Made by a program: the position numbers and the translations under genes. DNA of 64,000 nucleotides from Guillardia theta CCMP2712 (Eukaryota > Protista > Cryptophyta): positions 936,533 through 1,000,532 of the forward strand of contig NW_005434668.1 in NCBI RefSeq assembly GCF_000315625.1, written 5' to 3'. How positions within the stretch are numbered: position 1 is the stretch's first letter; every line of letters begins with the position of its first letter. The notes beneath the pieces are model-generated. The model had not been told where the DNA came from. It did not search any database and saw only the letters and a list, made by a program, of their open reading frames with translations. Positions 11,404 to 22,476 of the stretch are shown one piece after another.

Positions 11404-14212
11404 CTATACATCATCATCCTGCGAACCGTGCCAGTAGTATACAGGTGCCTCCCTCGAAGCTCCTCCTCCCTCCTCCCTCCTCCCTTCATCGCAGTACTGG
11501 CGGATGACATGCGAAGCTTCCTGATCCGTCAGCCGAACTTCGCAGGCAGGAGGAGCACGACGCGTCCTCCTGCTGGAGCTCTGGATCTGCTCGACGCTGA
11601 GCTCTAGCGCTTGCAGCTGCCTGTTGATCGTCGCCCGCACCTTCCTCGCTCCATTGGACAGCTCCAAGTAGATCTCCATCGCCTTGGAGTCCGCGGCGCC
11701 TGTCCGCTCTCTCCCGCTCCTTCTCGTCGCGCTGACCTGCACGCGGCTGCTGCGAGCGGGGACGCGGTAGCGAGAATCTGTGGAGACAACGCCCTCCAAC
11801 TTCTTGGTCCCTTCCCTGGTCCATTGGAGATACCCAGCTGGAAACTCCACGGAGAGCAGCTGAAGGATCTCGGAAGGAGGATGGGAGGACTGTCTGTTGG
11901 GGTTGAGCTGGGCAGGAGACGAACGGATGGACTTAGCAGCTTCCCTCGAGGAACGAATCTCTTCCTGCAGGAAGGGGTAAGAAAGGGAAGGCAGGATGAC
12001 TGTAGGAGAGTGACGAGAGGGAGGAAACTTGCTCCAACCTGATGCTGGGCGTCATGCATCCTGAGTATCCTCCTGAACTCGACATCCGTTGGTGCGAGCA
12101 TCCTCGAGAGACCGAGACGAAGTCCTCTCCTGTAGCGCAGAGACTTGTCAGCCCGCACTCGCACCAACAGCAAGCGCGCATCACTTGGCAAGGAGCATGT
12201 GCCGCGGCTTGATCCGCTTCTCCAGGCTGTAGCCCAACAATTGTGGGCACTTGAGGAGGGGCCGGCCAATGCGGTGCATGGGCACGCGAAGAAGATGTTC
12301 CGAAAGGTACATAAGCTTCGGGCGCATGTTGTTCTCAACGCTGTCAAGATCGGTCAGCCGATGAAGGGGAAGGGAAACAAGGGAGTGGAAGAGCAGGGAA
12401 CGGCACGAGAAGATATTCAAGGATGAGGAGAGCAAACCTGTAGCCAAGGATGTTCGGGTATGCAGAGATGACCTTCCCTATGCTACTCTTAGGAATTCCT
12501 GCCTCTTCCACGAGGAAGCGAATCTGGCAACAAGATCAGAATCATTCACTTTCCTCCTCCTCCTCCTCCTCCGTTGTTACCTTGGGTCGCAAGTTCGACT
12601 CTACACTCAGGCCTATGAGCTGAGGAGAGTAGGTAATGATGCGTGCGAGCTTCGACCTCTCGATCCCAAGCTCCTCCGACAAGTACTTGATGAACGCCAG
12701 GATATGGCCCTCGCTGTATCCCAACACTTGCGGGCAGCGAGTGATAACGTCTGCCAGCCTTGCCTTGGGAATGTCTGCATGCTGCTGAAGGAGAAGAAGT
12801 TTGGGTCTCAGGTTGTTATCAACGCTGTACGCGAGCAGCTGTGGGTGAGTGAAGATAGTCTTGTTCAACTTCTCCTGGCTGATTCCAACGTCCTCCACCA
12901 GGTACTTCACAGTCGGCCTAAGGTTTTCCTTGATACTGAGGCCGAGGAGCTGCGGGAAGCAGACGATGATCTTCCTCATCTTCTCGATTCCAATCCCGAC
13001 CTCCTTCACGAGGAACTTGACAGTGGGTCGGAGGTTGTCGCGAACGCTCAACCCTTGCAACTGAGGGCACGACTCCAGTATCTTGTCAATGTTCTTCTCC
13101 TCCACTCCGATCTCGTCCGTGAGGTACTGGGTGGCAATCGCGGCAACGTCGTCTTCGACCTCATCAGGGAGAGCTACCGACCCCGATATGTTCCTTACAA
13201 GAAGAACTTTTGATTTCGATCGCTCCTTCGCGCTGCTTGCCTTCGATGCCGCTGTAGTCGTCCTCTTCGATTTGTCCTCAGATTTCCCTTGATCCGTACA
13301 AGGCTGATCTTGACGGTCTGTCTCGACCAGCTGCAGCAGTGGCTTCCCCTTCCGAGGACCTGGGCAGGCAGGACATCACATAACATCAGGTCGATCGGAG
13401 ATCACATAACATCAGGTCGATCGGAGATCACATGACATCAGGTCGATCGGAAATCACATAACATCAGGTCGATCGGAGATCACATAACATCAGGTCGATC
13501 GGAAATCACATGACATCAGGTCGATCGGAGATCACATAACATCAGGTCGATCGGAGATCACATGACATCAGGTCGATCGGAGATCACATGACATCAGGTC
13601 GATCGGAGATCACATAACATCAGGTCGATCGGAGTATTACAACCTGCGGCACTGGTAGGTTTCTCAAGGGCAGCTGGATCAAGTTTGCACTGGTGGTCCT
13701 TGTTCATAAGCAGAGACAGGTAGGCAACTTTCAGCCGACTTGAAATGTTTCGTAAGATCTGTCACAAGAAGCAAATCAGTTTGGAGCCTCAAGGAACCTT
13801 CAGCTGGACTCACCTTAGTGTCCAAGCCGAGTTCTCTGGCTAGGGTACCCCACTGTTTCTTCTGTGTCACCTCCTCTGGTCCTCCCTTCGCCTCCACTAG
13901 CTCGATTAGACGACAGAGCTCAATGTCTGCCCCTCCAAGTGTGACTCGATTCGTCGTGCTTTGCAAAGTATCCTTGATCGCGGGCATTCGGAGTTTTGAA
14001 TTCTCCGCAAGGGCATCGAAAGGATTCATCGCTTTAGACGGGAGCTTCACTGTCATCTGACATGCTGCTGGGCTTTTGAAATACGCAGGATAGCAGAAAG
14101 GAGGATTTGGACGGCGAAAGATCATCGCCTGATGTCCCAGGAAGCATGACGCTGTGTCCAGATTCGCAAGGGCTAGCGCAAAGGCAAAGAGGCAGAAAGA
14201 GCGACTGCTCAT
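11404..14212 (-). CDS. Plastid-targeted ARID-domain + mTERF-repeat protein
   Basis: Signal peptide ending ASC-F. ARID motif IELCRLIELVEAKGGPEEVTQKKQWGTLARELGL|...SSRLKVAYLSLL. Introns 13759-13813 and 13360-13643 splice in frame into mTERF repeats (PQLLGLSIKENLRPTVKYL type, about 7 copies). Confidence 0.85.
13375..13634. repeat. 26-bp minisatellite, 10 copies (atcacatRacatcaggtcgatcggaR), filling an intron
   Basis: 260 bp of near-perfect contiguous units with no spacers. Confidence 0.97.
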
Positions 14213-14379
14213 GGTAGCGATACTCTATATTGTACAACTCGTTGTAGCTTTCAAGTCGTGCTGTGATAGTGTATCATAACAGTCCCTTTGTCTTCCTCCT
14301 CTTCCTCTTTATCTTCTTCCTCTCACTGAGCCCCCTTCCCTTCACTGCATGGCCCCCGCCCTTCGGCTCCCCGACGAGT

Positions 14380-14660
14380 CACCCCCCTACCCATTGTACC
14401 CTACCTTCGCCATCCATCACCCCATCAAAATCTTGAGTACCCCCAGTGTCCCTATTCTTGGTACCCCTACCAGTGGATAGAACATCTCCACAACCCTGTA
14501 CAAGAATACCACCCCTACCTGTTTTTATCCCACTCGGCCCCTTACATGCCCAGTACCCCCACCCATCTTTTTCCTGCACTACCCCAGTATGACTGGGTGT
14601 CTACCCACCCTCATCCCTGGCTACTGGGACCCCAGATTTGTAGCTACCCTGGACAGTTCC
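14380..14660. promoter_or_regulatory. TACCC(C)-rich candidate bidirectional promoter between the ARID-mTERF and kinase genes
   Basis: At least 8 TACCC words in ~280 bp between divergent start codons; similar clusters at other divergent pairs. Confidence 0.4.
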
Positions 14661-14710
14661 TGAAAATCGGAGTTACGAGGCGGGCTGGGCAACATGACGA
14701 TGTGACCGCA

Positions 14711-15769
14711 ATGGGGAAGCACTACTGCAAGATGTGTTGCCGCGCTCATGTCCTCCCACACATCTCCTCCATGCACGAGCCGTTCGACGCCTCTTCGGTC
14801 CCCAACTTCACGTGGTCTACAGTGCAGCTCGCAGATCTTGAGCCGGGAAGCATGAAGAGGGCGGGAAGCGTCGAGTTGGTTGGGGTGGACTCCGACTTCT
14901 CGCAAGAGCATACCATCGTCAAGATCCAGCTTGATGTGCAGTCGAGTATCGTCACAGACCATGGCTTCTGGACGAGAGTGTTTGAGGGGAGGATGAGCGA
15001 CGGGAAGAGAGTGATCTTGAAAGTGTACAAGCAGCAGGCCTTGTTCTCGCAACGGCAGGTCTTCGATAGATTTCATAGGGAGCTGCTCGCTCTGGGCACG
15101 CTGGGAGAACACAGGTGCTTCGTGAAATGTCTTGGGTTTGGTTTCACTTGCGATCTCTGGCCCTTCCTTGTCCTTGAGCATGCAGGGATGCCATTGTGCG
15201 ACCTCCTGCCAAAGTCAAGGCTGAACCCAAGGGAAATCTCGCGTCAGTTGCTGCGAGCGGTTGAGAGCGCGCATCTGCTGGGTCTCTGCCATAACGATCT
15301 CACTCTAGACAATGTCCTGATCCTTCCCCTGGAGAAGCCCAAGTTGGGACGATGGTATAAGAAGAAATCTTTGAGGATCCTGGTGAAGATTATTGACTGG
15401 AACAGCGTGGAGGACGCGAGCTGTGTGTTCGAAGCTGGTTCAGCGAGGGACGAGCACTTGTGCGTAACAGATGTTGGAGGAGAGAATATCAACATCGATG
15501 AAGCTGAAAGGAATCCCATAATACGTGACTGTCAGGCTGCTGGTAACATCGTGCTGAGATGTTTGGATAGCAAAGAGCATGAAAGGGTCTTCACCTCGTG
15601 TCATCTTGGGACTCTGAGAGATTGGAATGCAGCGGCGCAGAAGATTCTGAGCTCTTCGTTGAAAGAAGACTTGCGATCGATGCTGAGCAAACTTTTCGAT
15701 CCGAGGTGTATGAAGATCGAAGGCGACAGGGTCGTCTACCCAATCTCCCTGGCAGGAAAAATCCTGTAA
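14711..15769 (+). CDS. Atypical protein kinase, intronless
   Basis: VILKVYK, RFHRELLAL, HNDLTLDNVLI, KIIDWN; likely ATG at 14711. Confidence 0.85.
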   Translation: MGKHYCKMCCRAHVLPHISSMHEPFDASSVPNFTWSTVQLADLEPGSMKRAGSVELVGVDSDFSQEHTIVKIQLDVQSSIVTDHGFWTRVFEGRMSDGKRVILKVYKQQALFSQRQVFDRFHRELLALGTLGEHRCFVKCLGFGFTCDLWPFLVLEHAGMPLCDLLPKSRLNPREISRQLLRAVESAHLLGLCHNDLTLDNVLILPLEKPKLGRWYKKKSLRILVKIIDWNSVEDASCVFEAGSARDEHLCVTDVGGENINIDEAERNPIIRDCQAAGNIVLRCLDSKEHERVFTSCHLGTLRDWNAAAQKILSSSLKEDLRSMLSKLFDPRCMKIEGDRVVYPISLAGKIL

Positions 15770-15870
15770 TCTTTCATACCCGCCTGTCGTCTCTTCTATC
15801 ATGTGTAATACTAAAGGCCCCTGATATGTAACTTTCAAAGAATAAGCTTTTAATGAAACCTGTCCCCTCC

Positions 15871-18504
15871 TCATGGCAGGATCACGTACACCTTGTGGGA
15901 GTATGGAATCTCGTGAAACCTTCGGATCATAGTCTCCTTGGCGTGCATTGTCACTCCTGCAACCCTAGGTTGTCAGCACAGCAACACATAGCAGAATACT
16001 GTTTTCAGCACAAAACTCTCGGCATACCATTTGCAGCACACAGAGGGAACCAGATTCGTTATCAGAACAACAAACATTTTCATTTTCAGCGTTTGTTTCA
16101 CCACAACAACAAACATGTCAAAATACAGTTGTCAGCACAAACCAAAGAGCGCAGTTGGTAACACAAACAATGAAATGCTATCGCATTTCATTGTGCGGCT
16201 CTCACCTAACAGACGGATTGGAGCATCTCCCCAGCGGTAATAGTAGAATCCTCCCTTCCTGCTATGAGGTTGAGGTACAACGAAAACTCTAGCGCAAAGC
16301 AGAACCGGTCGAGACTAGCGTAGAATGATTGATACTTTTCAGATCGAAAGAATGGCAGATGCCCAATCTCAAAGTTGGTGTAAAAGTAGGATCGATCCCA
16401 CACGCCTGGAAGTGAGCGAAGTATCAACAAGGAGTGACAACAGAGGGAGGGAACGGGCAACAAGTCCAGCGTCCCCCCTGCTTCCAACCCTCACCTTCCT
16501 CAAGGTATCGGTCAAGCGCTGTATCCTCTGGAAAGATGTTCCTCTCCCTCATGTACTCCTGACTTGCATTCCAGAGGCCAGTGGTCAGGTACTCGTCCTC
16601 CCTGCCGATCCCCATGTATCCATAAATATAACGACCAGCTCGCATCACCTTGAAGGGGTCCTCCCTGCAGGATCCTCGTCATCATACACATCACATCGCA
16701 GAAGCTGCAGGACTCGCCTGATTCTCCCAAGAATGAACGAGTCCGAGTCTAGCCTCAAGAACCACTCGTAGGGCTCGAGCAGGGGATAGTTGAACATGGC
16801 TCCCGAGTAGAACCGGCACATGTGCCTGTAGCCAACGTTCGCATGCCCACCGATGATCTTCGGGACCTTGGGAGAAGAAGGATGAGATTACAATCACGAG
16901 AGCATGGAAACTCCACACCTTGGAGAAATTCACATGTTCTGGAGGAAACAAGAATTCCTTGTCCAGCCTGTGAAATCTCACATCGTCATAATGCTTCAGA
17001 ACTGCCTCCATCTGGGTCTGATTTAAACCCTCATGGAAGAGAATGATCGGGTATGGGTTTTGGTCAAGAAAGTTGATCTTGAGCGAGTGAAGCGAGTCGA
17101 GGAGGTCAAGGAAGTGTTCTATCTTCTTCCCAATCAGGTAGATAATCACTGCTCTTGGTACGAGAGATTGTTTGCCAGCAGGAGGATCCATCGATACATG
17201 GCTTTCTCCTGTGTACTGCGATAAGAAGGCATCTTCCTCTTGTTTCTTCGAGAGCCTCTGTCGTATTCGCTTCAGACGTTTTTGTACCCTCTGAATCGTC
17301 GATTTTAACTCCAAGTCGTCAACCCTGATGTTGTCATTGATCACTTGCTTGTCATTCACATCTGCAGCCATCAAGTAAGCTCTTTCTCCTAATAAAAGGG
17401 ACATCGAGCCACACCTGGCTTTGGTTGCCGCAAGGACCGAAGGACATCAACAGACAGGTCAATCTCTTGGGCCCTTCTTAGCGCGTTTGCCAGACCTGTC
17501 ACATACATGGGACCCTGTCGACGGGTGTGACTTGTCAGATCGCCTCTTTCACCATCGTTCAGGTAGAGTTTGCAAGTTTGCAGAGAAGCATTGATAGCAA
17601 CGAAAGGCTCTCCGCTCAGGTGAGAAGAAAACCCGAGGTTGTGCAGCATCCCAGAGTTGAGCGGATCCATCCGCGCCCCCTTCTGGTACACCTGCCTGGC
17701 CTCGGCGTACCTCTTCTGCGAAAGAAGGCTGTTCCCTAGACTGAAGTAGTTGTCCCCCGATTCCTCAATCTCTAAAGTTTTCCTCGAAGCCCACTCGGCG
17801 TCTTTGGCACGATGCGAGTTGGACAGGGTGAAGGAAAAATCCTTCCAGGCATCCAAGTTCCGAGGATCTGACCGGATCGATGCCATGTACAAGGAGAAGC
17901 ATCTGGGATCTTTGAGTTTCGCCATGGTATGTGCCGCGCTCAGCCACCATAAGGACACGTTCGACAGGGCCCCCGCAGTGAAGAAGCAGCGTGACGCGGA
18001 TACAAGGTCCCCGACTTCGAAGAGCGCTCCTCCCAGCTTGTACCATCCTTCTGCATCATCTTGCTGAAGCTCTAACGCTCTTTGGAGGTGCGGAATCCCT
18101 TCGTGAATCTTGCCCCTCTGCACAAGAATGCGCCCGAGCAGCTTCTCTTGCAAGCTGCCTGTCTGGAGCTTCGCGGCCTTTCGTGCATGCTGTTCAGCCA
18201 CCTTCTCGTTGGCGATGCTGTAGTGCATGTTTGCTAGAGTGTAATGAAATTGCCATGAGCTGGGAGCAAGCTTGACCGCTTCCTCCTGGTGCCTGATGGC
18301 AACCAGCATGTCGTCGCGATTCCTCGTCTTGATCCACCGGTTGTAAGCCTCCTGCGCCACCATAGAAACATGCTCGAGCGCATCTTCGGCTGGTCGCTGC
18401 TGACTCTTGGCATCGGACGCCGGCGAGGCTTCTCTGATCCCTCCTCCCTCCCTCGTGTGCAGGAGCAGCGTCGCTAGTACCAGTAACTCTCGGCATAAGC
18501 GCAT
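15871..18504 (-). CDS. Secretory TPR protein fused to a GT15 (Kre2/Mnt1-type alpha-1,2-mannosyltransferase) domain
   Basis: Signal peptide and TPRs in 17389-18504. Downstream exons give YPIILFHE, GYRHMCRFYSG...LRLDSDS, YFYTNFEI, GGFYYYRWGDAPIR. Confidence 0.85.
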
Positions 18505-19644
18505 AGCATCTGGGCGTTGAAATCACTCAATTTGTTTGGCAGGGGTGGTCGGAGACAGATTCAAAAAATGGGGGGAAGGGTGTAATATGCATGGGTAGTC
18601 TATGGAAGATTCTGTATAGTACCGGTACTATATGTCTACTCCTTTTGGGAAAGTAGACCCTCCAATCGACAAACATCTACAGAAACGGGGGTAGGGGTTA
18701 TTTTCTTGGGGTAGGACGCACGACTGAACAATTGGAAGTGGGTAGGGTTGTAGTGTTCGGGTAAGGGTGGGGTGCGTAGTTCACCAGATGCGGTGGGGTA
18801 GTGAATTTTGTACAGTGTTCAAAGAGTTGTACTTTAATGGGAATAAAGAGGGTGGGGTTAAATGTTCGAGGAAATCCTTAGGTGGGGTGGGGTTCCAGTC
18901 TCGCTCGCATGCATGAACAGATGAGGCGGGAAAGAGGACGGATAATTGGTGGGGAGGAGGAGGAGGAGGTAGAGGAGCAGGAAAGTGAACTGTGGGAGGA
19001 AGAGGACGAGGATGAGAGGGATATTCAACACAACGAAGATGCTGAGAGGAGGGCGAAGACACTGGCTAGGTGAGGAATAGGAGGACGGAGAACTTCAGTT
19101 CAAAGTAGATAGTGAGGCTGTTGGAAGGCAAGGATTGTAAGAAAGTTCATGTTTGATAAAAGAAAGAAGAAGAAGAAAATGTATGCAGGTTCTGTGATCA
19201 AAGCCTCTATTGCATACAAGATGGATTGTCAGATTTATGGGAAAATGCAGAGTTCTTGTGAAAGTTTACTCATGACAAAGGCATGAATCGGAATAGAGAC
19301 ATACTAGAGATCAGCCGGGTTTGTTTCGTTGAGATTTATTCGGCTCAGTTGAGTCAGGAAGGTGGTGGGTGGAGCAAGGCAGAATGCGGAGCCAGAAGCG
19401 GTTTGATACCTTCACGTGAGTTGGCAATGAAGGTCCTGAAGGACTCAGTGGGTGATAACGTGCACCTTCATATTTGGGAAGCATTCGTCCGTTGCTTTTG
19501 TATTGCCTGACATGATTTGCTGTCAGGAGGAGATTTGTCGTCCCCTCTCTTGCTGTTATACTGGAAGTCACAACTTTATGGGCGACGAAGACAAGCCTTG
19601 AACACAACAGGAACAAACGTTTGAAAACTTGACAGCCAAAAGCG

Positions 19645-20888
19645 ATGACGACGGAGTCCACCAATGCTTCCGCAGATCCTGTGAACGATTCGCATGCGAA
19701 TGGCAAGGAAACAAGTGCCGAGCATCATGGCAAGGGCAAGGACCATTCGGTAGCAAATGCCTCGGATACCAACGAAAAGAACGGCACCGAGAAAGCGGAA
19801 ATCAACAAGTCTCCATCCAAGGCACCTTCAAGTGTAAAGGAAGAAACGTCAAACGTCTTTTCCAGTGACGACGATATGCCGTTGGCAGCGGCTGGGTCGA
19901 CAAAGGCGAAGGCACAAGATGCAAAGGATTCCAAGGATGACAAGCCAAAATCAAGCGACAAGGCAAAAGATCACAAAGACACGAAGGAGTCGCATAAGAA
20001 GGAAGTTAAACAAGACGGCGAAGCAAAAGCTCCTTCGAAGGTGAAAGATGAGCCCAAGAGCAAGGCCTCAAAACCAGATGCAGAGGATAGTGACGATGAA
20101 AAACCTATTAGCAAGCTGAGGGCTGAAAATGCGAAAGCTGCCAAGAAAGAAACAAAGCCACCTGCACCTGCCTCCGACAGTGATGACGACAAACCCATCA
20201 GAGCCCTAGCATCAAAGTCCCCGGTGAAAAAAGAGGCGAAGGGTTCTGGCAAGAAGAGGAAGATTGCAGATTCTGACTCTGAAGATGAGCCAGTGAAGAA
20301 ACCAAGCAAGGTTTGTGCACTACTAGCTCATGCGCTTCTTGCCTTGATGTTTGTCTCTTAGAAACCGGCCAAGTTATCGAAGAACAACTCAGCGAGCAAC
20401 GTCAAGAAGCCCGCAACAAGCCTCAAGGAGTGGTTGATTGAAAAGTTTCTCATCCGGTGGTGGTACGTGGTGGAATGGCCTCCCAAGGACCGAGACCTAC
20501 CGAAGATGGATGGATACAAAGAGCTGGATCATTATCCTTACCTCCTCTTCAACGAAGATACTGGCCATGTGAAGAACTGTCGTACCAAAGAGAACATGCC
20601 TCCTTGCAAAGAGGTAGTGTAGTACACATGAACTGTGCTTGTTCCCTGGTTGACTTGTTGAGGTAGAAGTACATGTCGCGTTCGACAGACGAAATGCGCA
20701 AGATGGCGATGGAGGCGATTCAGAAGCAGATGGAGGTGAGTGTTAGCTGACTGCAGCGAGCACGGTGTGTGATGATTTGCGATTAGGTTTTGAAAGAGCA
20801 CGAGCCGCACAACACTGAGCTCTTGAACACGTTGAAAAAGGAGCTGAAGGAAGTGAAGGGGAAAACCTCAGCGGAAGTGGGAGTCTAG
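19645..20888 (+). CDS. Lys/Asp-rich protein with SDDxxP motifs and a C-terminal RWWY..WPP domain; function unknown, start uncertain
   Basis: ORF 19645-20361 plus GT-AG-bounded exons (LIEKFLIRWWYVVEWPPKD...) ending at TAG 20888. Confidence 0.65.
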
Positions 20889-21118
20889 AGCAGGACAGGA
20901 GGGCCAACGCAGAAATCCGAAGCGCAAGGGCTTGTTGACATTTTCGAAGATCTTTTTGTTTAAACTAAATTCAACAATTGGTCACTTACTTCGCTCATGA
21001 CTGATAGACGGGGGGGGGGGGGGGGGGGAAGAGAGAGAGAGAGAGAACGAGAGGATTGGAGAAGAAAGAAATACGCAAGATAGTATCAAGAAAATCATTC
21101 TGTGCGAGCATCGCTCTC

Positions 21119-21911
21119 TCAGTCACGAGCTGGTGTGCTAGCATACAACTTGGTGTACATCCTCGCCATCGAGTTGTATCCCCTCACATCATTGTTGCGA
21201 AGCAAGTTCCCTGCATCACTTTGTCAACGAGGGTAACGAGGGCACTGCTTCTCACCGGCATCACAATTGAGCGGACTGTCTGCCTCCGCATTGGAGAGCA
21301 GTGCGACGATGGCTCTGCATACAGATTGGAGAGTCCAGGCAGGAGTCCATGCTGTCTTGAGGATGTCGAGGCAGACCTGAAGGAAGACGACAGCTATGAT
21401 ATCAATAGGACAGCAGCTAGGGAGTCAAGAAGCAGCAAGGGAGGTGAGAGGAAACAGGCACATTGAACAGCAGCAAGGGAGGTGAGAGGGAAGGGCTCGT
21501 GACCTCTCCGGTCTTGAAGTGAATGTTGGGATGGAAGATCCTCGTGATGAAACGAGCTTTGGGCGCTTGGAGGGGATAGTTCTCCTGCACATCCAGCTGG
21601 ACCTGCTCACGGGCATCAGCGACTCCTTCGCATGCTCGACGCTGGCAGGGCATACATGAAACGTTCCTCCCTCAAACGGCGTGCCAGACGGGCTGATCAA
21701 CAAACAGGCTCATCACCACCTTGTCAGTACCACAGCCATGCAAGATCGCACCCTTGGAGGATCGCGGTCCACTTGTAGAGGTTCTCTTGACAGGTCAGCC
21801 TGATGTCTTTCTCCTTCATCTCGCTCTCAGCCACCAGCACTTCATCGCATGCAGCCGGCTCACCTTGCTCTGGGCCGCCTCCTTGTACTCCTTCAACAAC
21901 CTCTGCGACAT
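21119..21911 (-). CDS. PEX4: Peroxin-4, peroxisomal E2 ubiquitin-conjugating enzyme
   Basis: MSQRLLKE...FHPNIHFKTGE|VCLDILKTAWTPAWTLQSVCRAI...DSPLNCDA|GNLLR...GYNSMARMYT, the PEX4/UBC21-type signature. Confidence 0.88.
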
Positions 21912-22476
21912 GGGAGTTCTTCAGCCTGCTGTCATGTTTCACTGAACCGAACAACCATGCGCTGTCCTGCTGAGCATGTCCTCACATATGATCTATCCTT
22001 TCTTCAACCTATCTTGTTCTTCCCTTCCCCTCACGCATCTTGTCCTCCCCTCTCCTCCCCTCTCCTCCCCTCTCCTCCCCTCTCCTCCCCTCTCCTCCCC
22101 TCTCCTGCTCTTGCATTTCATTACGGTCCACCCTGGCCTTTTCATCTCCTACTACCCGACCTTTCTGAGTACCCACCCTTACCTTTTCATGGAATATTAC
22201 TCATATTTGCACCGGTCACAGGAACACCCTCAACCCTCCTGTTACTTGTGGACTGACACTACTGACATGGCACAATGAGGCGGCGAGTATGGGGGAAGGC
22301 AGAAGGGGAGGAGGAGGAGGAGGAGGAGGAGGAGGAGGAGACAGTGTTAAGGGAACTGCAGGAGAGTGAAAGTGAATGAAACACGGAGGATGTGTAGGGC
22401 AGTGGTACAGTCGAGGAGAGGGAGTCATTAGGGAGACGTGAGGCGATTGAGAAGAAATTGCAAGGAGTTGAAGGTC

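Noticed and set aside
13375-13634. CRISPR-like array
   Set aside because: Contiguous units without unique spacers, inside a eukaryotic intron, with no cas genes.
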